Assembly: GCA_023139785.1 (NCBI GenBank)
Contig: JAGLMX010000001.1
Span: forward strand, 1 to 27,259
Direction of reading: 5' to 3'
Source: Candidatus Aenigmatarchaeota archaeon
GTDB lineage: Archaea > EX4484-52 > B79-G9
DNA length: 27,259 nucleotides
Part shown: in pieces, positions 1 through 8,413 of the stretch
Layout: each line of letters opens with the position of its first letter
Position numbering within the stretch: position 1 is the stretch's first letter
Made by a program: the position numbers and the translations under genes
The notes under the pieces: model-generated
The model's database searches: none
Told to the model about the DNA's origin: nothing
The model's input: only the letters and a program-made list of their open reading frames with translations

Positions 1-1715
1 GCAAGATGCTTTGCAATAGGAACGCCGAATCCGACTTTTTTTCGGTTTACTATTTCCTGGGGGAGTTTTTGTCCTATTGCTTTTTTCAAAATGTATTTTG
101 AAATGCCGTTTTTCATGTGCAGTGAGTGCGGCGGTATGCTGAATGCATGTTCTGCGAGCTTATAATCGAGGAATGGCTCCCGTGCCTCAATTGAGGCGGC
201 CATTGTGAATTTGTCAACGCGCATCAAAAGAAGTTCTGACAGGCGATTTTTGAGTTCGATTATCCGAACTTTCTGGAGAAATGCGTCTTTTCCAGTGCCT
301 CCGACTTCGTTGCTTATGTTTCTGAAAAGGTTATAAGAGTCTAATGTGGGGCTCTTAAGTTCTTCACTGAGGATTTCTTTTTTCTCAAGCTCTGTGAAGC
401 CAATTATACCTCTTCGTGAAAATTCGCTTGGTTTTTTCATGCTTTCAAGATGGTCTTTCGCGTGTTCGAAAAACGACTTCTTTTTTACAACCGTGATTGT
501 GCTAAGGGCGGCTTTTGCGGCGAGCCTTGCAGGAGGCACGGCGCGCAGGAATGAGGAATAGGGCGATGTTTTTGCTTCAAGTCCGTATATTGGGTATCCA
601 CAGAAAAGCTCGTCAGCACCTTCGCCCATCTGAAGGACAATGACTTTTTCTTTTCTTGCATATTTTGAAAGATAATATACCGGCACATTTACTGGGTCTG
701 CTATTGGTTCGTCTTCGTGATACACGATTTCGGGCAGTGCGCGAAGAACTTCCTTGTGGCCGATAGTGTATTCGTGGTGGTTTGTGCTGAATTTTTCAGC
801 AACAATCTTTGCGTACTTTAGTTCATTAAATTTCTCATCGGTGCCTGTTGCAATTGAAAATGTGTTTATGGGTGTTTCAGAACGTTCTGACATCATTGCG
901 ACAAGTGCGCTTGAGTCAAGGCCACCGGATAGGAAAACCCCCTGCGGTACGTCTGCAATCATGCGCTGGCGCATTGAGTCTTCAAGAAGGAAGCGTGTTT
1001 TTTTTATTGCCTCTTCTTCAGTTATGTTTGGATTGATTTTGCAGTTTTGTATGTCCCAGTATTTTTGTTTTGTTATTGTTATTTTTTCATTATTTTTTGT
1101 TACCGTCAATGTATGTCCGGGTTCAAGCTTGTAGATGTTTTTGAATAGTGTAGAGGGTGCGGGGGTGTTTAGGTAGGTCATATAGTGGTAGAATGCTTCT
1201 GTGTTTACTTCCCGTTTTATGAATTTTGCCTGAAGTATGGCTTTTATTTCTGAAGCGAATATGAATTTTTCATTGTCAACATAGTAGTACAGGGGTTTTA
1301 CGCCGAGGCGGTCGCGCGCGAGAAAGAGTTTCTTTTTATTTGAGTCCCAAATAGCGAAAGCGAACATGCCGTTGAATTTGTTTACGCAAGCTTCACCCCA
1401 TTCTTCGTAGCCGTGGACTATTACTTCTGTGTCGGATTCGGTCATGAATTTATGCTTTGACTTGAGTTTTGGGCGCAGATCATGGAAATTGTATATTTCT
1501 CCATTGAATACGACTTGAATGGTTTCGTCTTCGTTTGGCATTGGCTGGTTTGAGCGGGTGTCGAGGTCTATTATTGCAAGGCGCCTGTGGGCAAGAGAAA
1601 TGTTTTTGTCTACGTAGAACGCTTCTGCGTCAGGGCCGCGGTGTTTTAGTGTTGATGCCATTTTTTTTAGGAGGGTTTTGTCTTCAAAGCCTAGGAAGCC
1701 TGTGATTGCACACAT
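1..1715 (-). CDS. asnB: Asparagine synthase (glutamine-hydrolysing) family amidotransferase, glycan-locus type; 3' end runs off the left edge (partial)
   Basis: Manual translation from ATG 1715: MCAITG (Ntn Cys2), HRGPD, LAHRRLAIID, FNGEIYN, NGMFAFAIWD, ARDRLGVKPLYY, FLSGGLDSS, GEGADELFCGY. Same frame checked at about 360-420 and at the edge (RKKVGFGVP). Missing from the ORF track because it has no stop inside the window. Confidence 0.93.
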   Translation of the reverse strand, partial: MCAITGFLGFEDKTLLKKMASTLKHRGPDAEAFYVDKNISLAHRRLAIIDLDTRSNQPMPNEDETIQVVFNGEIYNFHDLRPKLKSKHKFMTESDTEVIVHGYEEWGEACVNKFNGMFAFAIWDSNKKKLFLARDRLGVKPLYYYVDNEKFIFASEIKAILQAKFIKREVNTEAFYHYMTYLNTPAPSTLFKNIYKLEPGHTLTVTKNNEKITITKQKYWDIQNCKINPNITEEEAIKKTRFLLEDSMRQRMIADVPQGVFLSGGLDSSALVAMMSERSETPINTFSIATGTDEKFNELKYAKIVAEKFSTNHHEYTIGHKEVLRALPEIVYHEDEPIADPVNVPVYYLSKYARKEKVIVLQMGEGADELFCGYPIYGLEAKTSPYSSFLRAVPPARLAAKAALSTITVVKKKSFFEHAKDHLESMKKPSEFSRRGIIGFTELEKKEILSEELKSPTLDSYNLFRNISNEVGGTGKDAFLQKVRIIELKNRLSELLLMRVDKFTMAASIEAREPFLDYKLAEHAFSIPPHSLHMKNGISKYILKKAIGQKLPQEIVNRKKVGFGVPIAKHL

Positions 1716-1741
1716 GATTTATTATGGGGGTGATGGTTTTT

Positions 1742-2656
1742 TTAAGTGTTGATACTTTCAGTGACCGTTTTTTTTATTGCTTCATTACTGGTTCTTTTAG
1801 GTTTCCAGCCAAGAGCAGTAAGTTTCGTTATGTCCAGCATCATGACAGGCACATCCCCTTTCCAGCCTTCGATGCCTCCAGTAAACACATGGTGTGGTGC
1901 AAGGTTTGCTTCGTCAGCAACTATTTCTGCAATTTTTTTAACATTTGTCTGAGTTTTTGAGCCGACATTAAAAATGTTTATCTTTTTACTGCTTTTTTCA
2001 AAACCAACAATTATTGCGTGAATGCAATCTTCTATGTACAGGTATGATTTGTTTTGTTCTCCATTTCCAAGAATCTCTAGTTTTTTTGGGTTTGTTTTTA
2101 GCTTTCTGATGAAATCAGGTATTATCCCGTGGTTGCTTCGCGGACCAATGACGTTGGCAAATCTAAAAATCCACGCTTGCATATTGAATGTGTGGCAATA
2201 TGCACAGATAATGGATTCACACGCAAGCTTTGAAGCACCATAGATTGAAACAGGCTCTAACGGAGCATATTCTTCAGGCGTCGGAATTTTTTTTGCATTT
2301 CCGTACACCGTTGATGATGATGCGAAAACTATTTTTTTTACACTGTTTTTTCTCATTGCTTCAAGGACGCGGTGTGTGGCAATTATATTTTGTTCGATAT
2401 GTATGTTTGTGTTTGTTGCACCAATTTTTACATCGGGATTTGCCGCAAAATGAAAAACCGTTTCTGCACCTCTAAAATGTGGTGTGATGTCATCGGAAAC
2501 AATATCTTTTTTTATGGCGGGTACTTTTTTCAGAACACCTGCAGAGAAATTATCTATACCTAAGACAGCGTATTTTTCTTCAAGTGCCTCTGCAAGATGA
2601 GAGCCTATGAAACCCGCTGAGCCAGTGACGAGTGCTTTGGGTTTGTTGGTTTGCAT
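1742..2656 (-). CDS. galE: NAD-dependent NDP-sugar epimerase/dehydratase (extended SDR, GalE-like)
   Basis: GSAGFIGSHL Rossmann motif, HFAA, ASSSTVYG, YGASK (YxxxK), FRFANVIGP; 304 aa. Substrate not determinable. Confidence 0.85.
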   Translation of the reverse strand: MQTNKPKALVTGSAGFIGSHLAEALEEKYAVLGIDNFSAGVLKKVPAIKKDIVSDDITPHFRGAETVFHFAANPDVKIGATNTNIHIEQNIIATHRVLEAMRKNSVKKIVFASSSTVYGNAKKIPTPEEYAPLEPVSIYGASKLACESIICAYCHTFNMQAWIFRFANVIGPRSNHGIIPDFIRKLKTNPKKLEILGNGEQNKSYLYIEDCIHAIIVGFEKSSKKINIFNVGSKTQTNVKKIAEIVADEANLAPHHVFTGGIEGWKGDVPVMMLDITKLTALGWKPKRTSNEAIKKTVTESINT

Positions 2657-2700
2657 GCTTAAAGTAATAAATTTAATTAATAAATATCCACTGTGTTTCT
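2657..2700. promoter_or_regulatory. Bidirectional archaeal-type promoter (back-to-back TATA boxes, probably leaderless transcripts)
   Basis: 44-nt AT-rich gap between divergent ATGs. TTTAATTA about 26 nt before ATG 2701 on +; TTTATTAA about 28 nt before ATG 2656 on -. No SD. Confidence 0.6.
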
Positions 2701-3429
2701 ATGAGAAAATCAGTAATTTCCATAATTGTGCCAACATACAATAGTGAAGGTTTTCTTGAAAAGAACATAAAAATAATAATTTCTACTGCAAAAAAACTCA
2801 AAACACCTTTTGAAATAATTATTGCCGAAGATGGATGCAGTGACAGAACGCCGAAAATTGCGGAAAAGTTATCGAAAAAATATTCCTGTGTGTTTCACCA
2901 GCACTACAAAGAGAAACTCGGTAGAGGGAGGGCTCTGAAAAAAGCTTTTATGAGGGCAAAAGGGAATATTATTGTCTATATGGATGACGACCTAGCCACG
3001 GACTTAGTACATCTGCCAGAATTGATGCACCCTGTTTTGGATGATGGTTTTGATGTCGTTACAGGATCGCGGCTTATGGTAGGCAGCAAAGTTATTGGAC
3101 GTCCAGCCAAGCGAGAGATTGCAAGCCGAGCATTCAATTTTTTTGTGCGGCTTTTGCTTCACTCTAGATTGTATGATCATCAATGTGGGTTCAAGGCGTT
3201 CAAAAAAAACACAGTTAAACCCATTTTACCCGCGGTGAAAGACAGTCATTGGTTTTTTGATACAGAAATACTTGTTCGTGCTCAAAGGCGTAATCTTCGT
3301 GTAAAAGAGATTCCTGTGATATGGCAAGACGATCTTCGGGAGAGCACGGTGCATTTTTTGAAGGATGCAAAAAACATGGGTATGAAGATTTTTAGGTTGT
3401 GGTTTGAGTTTTCTTTTTCGCATAAATGA
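2701..3429 (+). CDS. GT2 polyprenol/dolichol-phosphate glycosyltransferase (Dpm1/ALG5/AglD-like)
   Basis: IIVPTYN, IIIAEDGCSD, GRGRAL, YMDDDL (DxD), VTGSR, DHQCGFKAF, WFFDTEIL, VKEIPVIW. Confidence 0.88.
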   Translation: MRKSVISIIVPTYNSEGFLEKNIKIIISTAKKLKTPFEIIIAEDGCSDRTPKIAEKLSKKYSCVFHQHYKEKLGRGRALKKAFMRAKGNIIVYMDDDLATDLVHLPELMHPVLDDGFDVVTGSRLMVGSKVIGRPAKREIASRAFNFFVRLLLHSRLYDHQCGFKAFKKNTVKPILPAVKDSHWFFDTEILVRAQRRNLRVKEIPVIWQDDLRESTVHFLKDAKNMGMKIFRLWFEFSFSHK

Positions 3430-4129
3430 AAAGACTTACCCCTAACGGGAGTTTTATTCCGGATAGAATTGCATTGTTTTCCAAACGAAGTGTATTGAAT
3501 AGCAAGCTGTTTATGCGGTTCGGTAAATGGCGCATATCATCTCCTGTTTTTTCAGATATCTTGAAAAAAGCCATAATACATTTTGGAACAAACGCAAAAG
3601 CATTCCAAAAAGAGAGGCGCAATATTTCAAAGTTGTTCTTTTCAAGGATTTTTTTCACGATAGGATATGTATATCTTCTATAGTGCTTGTTTTTCACATC
3701 ATGTTCGCTCCATAAAAATTGGAATGCCGGTACAAACAGTATCAGTATGCCATTTGGCTTTAGAATGCGATTCCATTCTGAAAGAGCCAGTTCATCATTT
3801 GCGCAGTGCTCTAAAATGTCTGATGCGATAAGTATGTCAAAGCTATTTTCTTTATATTTTGTTTTCATTCCATTACAAACACAGGCGGTTTTCAATCCTC
3901 GTTCATTACATGTTTTTATTGCACTTTTGCTGATATCGATCCCAGAAACATTTATATACCCTGCTGAATAAAGTTTTTTCATTAGACTACCGCCAGCACA
4001 GCCAATATCAAGAATTTTTGCTTTTTTTGAGACTTTTCTGATTAGCTTCATTATTATGTCTCGCCTTCCAAGAAACCACCAATTACTTTCTTCAATTGCG
4101 TGATATCTTTTTTCGTATTTTTTTTCCAT
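3392..4129 (-). CDS. Class I SAM-dependent methyltransferase (type 11-like)
   Basis: WWFLGRR N-terminal motif, ILDIGCAGG motif I, FDILIASDILEH, RILKPNG, FVPAF. ATG at 4129 preferred; GTG at 4138 possible. Confidence 0.85.
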   Translation of the reverse strand: MEKKYEKRYHAIEESNWWFLGRRDIIMKLIRKVSKKAKILDIGCAGGSLMKKLYSAGYINVSGIDISKSAIKTCNERGLKTACVCNGMKTKYKENSFDILIASDILEHCANDELALSEWNRILKPNGILILFVPAFQFLWSEHDVKNKHYRRYTYPIVKKILEKNNFEILRLSFWNAFAFVPKCIMAFFKISEKTGDDMRHLPNRINSLLFNTLRLENNAILSGIKLPLGVSLFIYAKKKTQTTT

Positions 4130-5483
4130 GAAGTACACAGCGTAATATTATGTTTTTCATATATTTTGAAGACGCAAACGCTTTCATGCCATATACGGCA
4201 ATAAAAAGAACAAAGTAATTTATTGGAATAAAATATCTTGGTTCAATATGATGGAAAACATTTGACAACATAATAAGGATTAAGACAATGAATAAGTAAT
4301 GTTCTTTCTCTTTGTTCCTTAATATGAAATATGTTCCTACAATGGCGAACAGATAGACTAAAACTTGTTCTGTCCACATTAGCAACAATACAATTCCGTT
4401 TTTGTCAACAATAAGACTTTGCAGTAACGTAGGTATTTGCGAGAAATTTGTATTGTATATGAGTTTCTCCTTGAAATCTCCTGATAATCCGGCGCCTAAA
4501 TTCATGAATATAAATTGTGGTACTCGTTTTATCATGATACCAGCATACCATATTGGCTCGTTTTTTATAACTTCAATAGCTTTGTTTATCCTTAGTTTGT
4601 CGCGAGAAAATGGGTCTGGGTATAGAAACGATGTAGCATTTTCGCTTTTTATAAGATTTTCATCGCCCCAGGGTGCTCCAAATCGCTTTTCTGTATCGAA
4701 TTCGCCAATACCCTCCCACATAGAAATTCCTATTTTTGGTGCGGAAATTACAAGATGATTGTGGTGGTAATCGTTTCTTATCATCCAAGGAAAAACAATG
4801 AGGAGCAAAGCGACAATAAAGACGAGAGCAATTTTAACGGGCTTTTTAGGTCGTGCAACAAAGAGATATATCAGAAATGCGGGCGCAAACATTATGCCGA
4901 AATCCCTTGTCAGGCTTGCAATCCCTAAAACAATACCGGACCAAAAATATCTTTTTTCAAGAAAAAGCATTGCCGATGCAAGTAAAAGAGGTCCAAACAG
5001 GACTTCTGAGAGGATTGTTGTGGACAGGCGAATGTTTGGCAAATAAAATATTGTAATTAGGGCAAGAAGTAGCGAATATTTTTCGCCAAGACGTTTTTTT
5101 GAAAAGAAATAAAGTGCAGGAGGCACCAATGAAAGCAGAAGTATCTGCATTATTTTAAAGACAATTAGGCTCTTCCCAAAAAGCAAAAAAGAGGCATACA
5201 CAAAAAGAGAATATATGGGCGGTTGCCATACTGCTGGCTGATAAAAATATTCATTTCCATCGAAAACCTGTTCAACAAATCCGTGTCCTTCAAGCAGATT
5301 CTCTGCAACAGAAATGAAATCACTGCTTATGCCTTCAAAATAAGGCATGCCTGAGAAATACGAAAAGAAGAGCAAGTTTATTGCAAGTGTTGCGAAGTAT
5401 ATTTTTACAACTTTTTTATTTAAGGAGTGTGTTTTTACATCAAGTTCCTTTTTAGATGAACGATTTTTGCGTTTTTGTTTAAT
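4092..5483 (-). CDS. GT-C fold multi-TM glycosyltransferase (ArnT/PMT-like); start uncertain (ATT 5483 inferred, TTG 5375 in ORF track)
   Basis: D..SVAENLLEGHGF loop after TM1, QPPIYSLF, LSEVLFG, GIASLTRD, PWMIRN, EPRYFIP and many hydrophobic segments. The frame is open upstream of 5375 to a TGA at 5490-5492. Confidence 0.8.
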   Translation of the reverse strand: MKQKRKNRSSKKELDVKTHSLNKKVVKIYFATLAINLLFFSYFSGMPYFEGISSDFISVAENLLEGHGFVEQVFDGNEYFYQPAVWQPPIYSLFVYASFLLFGKSLIVFKIMQILLLSLVPPALYFFSKKRLGEKYSLLLALITIFYLPNIRLSTTILSEVLFGPLLLASAMLFLEKRYFWSGIVLGIASLTRDFGIMFAPAFLIYLFVARPKKPVKIALVFIVALLLIVFPWMIRNDYHHNHLVISAPKIGISMWEGIGEFDTEKRFGAPWGDENLIKSENATSFLYPDPFSRDKLRINKAIEVIKNEPIWYAGIMIKRVPQFIFMNLGAGLSGDFKEKLIYNTNFSQIPTLLQSLIVDKNGIVLLLMWTEQVLVYLFAIVGTYFILRNKEKEHYLFIVLILIMLSNVFHHIEPRYFIPINYFVLFIAVYGMKAFASSKYMKNIILRCVLHGKKIRKKISRN

Positions 5484-7017
5484 GATATATCACCTTTTCT
5501 GTAATGTCAATATAATTATAGGGGTATTGTAGATCTTCAAAAATATAGCTTCGGTCATTTAATAAACTATAATTTGCATTAAAATATTCGTTAAAAATAA
5601 TCCGAAAAGAATTAACAGGAGATAGTTCATTATAGAATATCTTTTTGTCATTTTGTGGTATGTAGATTGCGTTGAAGATTCTCATATGAACTTGAAGGGA
5701 TTCGTCACTTAATGTTGTCCAGTCTATGCCTGCACCACCATGTTCTCCAAATTCCGGTGTAAATGGTCCCTCATCGGATTGCAATATTATTATTACGGGG
5801 CGCTCGGATTTTGATATTAGAGCATCAGTAAGAAAACGCAGTTTTTTTTCGAGAAAAATTACTTGCTCAATATACAGTTCTTTTTCGTTTTGTCCTGTGT
5901 TTTCAAGTAAATCTCCTTCTCTTGTAAACGAATATGGGTCGTGCGTGACAAGAAAATGGGCAAAAACAAACTTGGGTTCCTCTATTTCTGGCATTTCCTC
6001 TAGTTGGTCAAATTTATACAGTTCGCGGGTCCATTGTTCTTTTTTGAATAAAATTTTGTTAATGAATGGATATATTGCAGTGGTTTTCAATAATTCTTTA
6101 TGGAATTCATTCATTTCGAGAGCATAATAGTTGATATTTATATCGGCATATTCGTTTTTTCTCGTAGGCTCCCACCAAGTGCCAAAATGTATGAATGTGT
6201 AATTTTTTTCTTTTAAGAGCCCCCATACTTTATGGTCTTTCATCATGTTGTTTGCAATATTGGTGTCTTTGGAGTTTTCTCCTAACATTTCTGATAGATA
6301 TAAGAGGTGTTTCATATTAAGGGATGATGCCAGAGAAAGATGGGTTTTTGGATAATTTGCCAAACTTTCATTTGCTATATAGAACCCTTTGTCTGTGAGG
6401 TACTCTATAAATTTGCTGTTGTCATAACCATAATATTCTTTCAGGGTGCTTGAAGGCGCGTATCGGTCAAGAATGATGTAGTATATGTCTGGAGCCACTT
6501 CTGGGACTTCAAGAGACTCATTGAAGAGAACTTTGTTTTCATTGGATTTTTCACCAAAAGCCATAAAATGGTTGATTTCGTATGCAGCAATATTAAATAA
6601 AGAAATAGATACCAGTGCAAGAGCAATATAGTTTAATGCGGGAGTGATGTTTTTTGCGCGCTTAACAGTCAATTTTAAAAGAGGGCATGATACAAGGACG
6701 AAAAACAGGGCGTATGCAATCATGCCGTCTTGGTTTCTTGCAATGGTGAACCCGTTAAGCTCAAATCTGGAAATAAGACTGTAGAAATGAACATATGAAA
6801 AAAATATCAGGATACAAAATGAAAGAAGTATTGCTTTTTTTTCACTGTTTTTAAAAACAAAGCCAAAAAGATGCCCTGCTGTCCGATACAGCAAAAGTAT
6901 GATGACAACGGGTAGGATGAGGGCATCAATGGATATTTGCTCGATGTTGTTGGCTGCCAGAAAGAAAAGCGGAAATAAGGCAAACAATACGGTGTGCATG
7001 GTTTTTGTTTTAATCAT
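5479..7017 (-). CDS. Membrane-anchored alkaline-phosphatase/sulfatase-superfamily transferase (LtaS/EptA-like architecture; NoeB-like)
   Basis: About 5 N-terminal TM segments, then PDIYYIILD184, NYPKT225HLSLAS, FAHFLVTHDPY and IILQSDEG. No CxPxR formylglycine motif. Confidence 0.78.
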   Translation of the reverse strand: MIKTKTMHTVLFALFPLFFLAANNIEQISIDALILPVVIILLLYRTAGHLFGFVFKNSEKKAILLSFCILIFFSYVHFYSLISRFELNGFTIARNQDGMIAYALFFVLVSCPLLKLTVKRAKNITPALNYIALALVSISLFNIAAYEINHFMAFGEKSNENKVLFNESLEVPEVAPDIYYIILDRYAPSSTLKEYYGYDNSKFIEYLTDKGFYIANESLANYPKTHLSLASSLNMKHLLYLSEMLGENSKDTNIANNMMKDHKVWGLLKEKNYTFIHFGTWWEPTRKNEYADININYYALEMNEFHKELLKTTAIYPFINKILFKKEQWTRELYKFDQLEEMPEIEEPKFVFAHFLVTHDPYSFTREGDLLENTGQNEKELYIEQVIFLEKKLRFLTDALISKSERPVIIILQSDEGPFTPEFGEHGGAGIDWTTLSDESLQVHMRIFNAIYIPQNDKKIFYNELSPVNSFRIIFNEYFNANYSLLNDRSYIFEDLQYPYNYIDITEKVIYH

Positions 7018-7027
7018 ACAGAGTTCC

Positions 7028-8413
7028 CTACTTTTTTTGCATTAGATAAAGAGTCCGGCAAGAATTTTTATTTTTTACAGATTCTTTTATGCGAAAATTT
7101 GATTTAAATTTTTTCTCAAAAGAGCCTTGCGTGTAATCATGGAAAATGTCTTCTCTATTTAAGAGAAGCCTTTTTACCTGAGAATCTTCTTTTGGTATGA
7201 ACTCAATGATAAGTGTGTTGCACGCTTTGCTGAAGAAATCCGCGATTTTTTCCAGAGGGGTGTTATTGGATATCGCAAGATGATGGAGTAATGCAAGGGC
7301 GATTGCACTGTCTGCGGGCCCTCTTTGCAGTAAAGACAACCTCTCTTTGTTTTCCCAACCAATACCTGGACTGGGATTTGTTATATCAAGAACTGCCGGA
7401 ATGATCTTCTTTTCATTGGACTCTACGCATGCAAGGTAGTTTTTTTCTACCGCAGCATAATCTATATCAAAAGAGATGACTTGGTTGCAAAATCCTGAAG
7501 CTATTCGGCTGAATTCTCCGGTGTTTGCACCAAGATCCCAGATTGTTTTTGATGAAGGGCTTTTTTTTAGGAATGATTTTAGAACTTCTTTTTTATGAGC
7601 AAATGCGGTTTCAGAGTAGTTCGTGGCATCATAATACTCGGCCCATTCGGTTCCTTTTGGACGCCATTTTAGTTTCTCTATTGTTGAGATAAGGTGCTCC
7701 AAAAGACCAAGGAACGAACGCCTGCTTATTCTGTTAGACTTTAGACTTTTGCCTTTATCTGCGAAGTGGTTTTGGCTTTTTGAGTGCAGATGTATGTGTG
7801 ACAGCAGCGAGAGCATACATCGAGTCCGTAGTGGCAGGAGAGTGCTTGCAAGATTCAGTGGAATTCCGTCAAGGTATATTTTTAACAATTGATTTAGCCT
7901 GACATCTTTGTGGCTCATTAGTGCAATGGGGGCAAGAAAATGCTGGCAGAATTGCCTGTAGGCTATCCACGGTTGTCCTTCGCAATACTTTTCAAATGAG
8001 AGTGTGTCAATGAGGAGTGGCTTTCCGTTCACGAATTGTATATTATACGCGCTGGCATCTTTAAGAGACATTTCATATTTAAGTGCTGTTTTTTGTATGT
8101 TGAGCGTTGCCAGTGCAGCATCCTTTAGCTGGCTGAAGCACCACTCATAAGGATAAGATATGAATGGCACAGGTTCTGGCTTTAGTATTTTGTATGCTAA
8201 GTGATCTTTTTTTATTTTTGAAGACATTTCTTCACATTTGACCAACAAGTTAGTGTCAACAAGGGCTGCGTAAAGCCCGGAATTCATCAACATATCGTAG
8301 TTTTCTTTATATTCTTTGTTTACTTGCCGGTAGAGGGTTCTGTCTTCATAGAAAATAAATCCGCTTGAATCACGAAAAGAACTCGGATGGCTTTGTCTAT
8401 TTGTTTTTTTCAT
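7028..8413 (-). CDS. NoeA-like protein: kinase-like N-domain plus C-terminal SAM methyltransferase
   Basis: N-terminal SFRD, ISYPYEW, LKD119ASAYN124 and LLID136; C-terminal WD293LGANTG motif I, SFDID, ALALLHHL. The NoeA resemblance is from memory and needs a search. Confidence 0.75.
   Translation of the reverse strand: MKKTNRQSHPSSFRDSSGFIFYEDRTLYRQVNKEYKENYDMLMNSGLYAALVDTNLLVKCEEMSSKIKKDHLAYKILKPEPVPFISYPYEWCFSQLKDAALATLNIQKTALKYEMSLKDASAYNIQFVNGKPLLIDTLSFEKYCEGQPWIAYRQFCQHFLAPIALMSHKDVRLNQLLKIYLDGIPLNLASTLLPLRTRCMLSLLSHIHLHSKSQNHFADKGKSLKSNRISRRSFLGLLEHLISTIEKLKWRPKGTEWAEYYDATNYSETAFAHKKEVLKSFLKKSPSSKTIWDLGANTGEFSRIASGFCNQVISFDIDYAAVEKNYLACVESNEKKIIPAVLDITNPSPGIGWENKERLSLLQRGPADSAIALALLHHLAISNNTPLEKIADFFSKACNTLIIEFIPKEDSQVKRLLLNREDIFHDYTQGSFEKKFKSNFRIKESVKNKNSCRTLYLMQKK

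Noticed and set aside
346-1134. Short ORFs 346-561, 485-688, 754-1134 and 848-1036
   Set aside because: All lie within the asnB frame, antisense or out of frame.
5479-7017. True arylsulfatase
   Set aside because: No formylglycine C/S-x-P-x-R motif; Thr at the nucleophile position and an N-terminal TM bundle.
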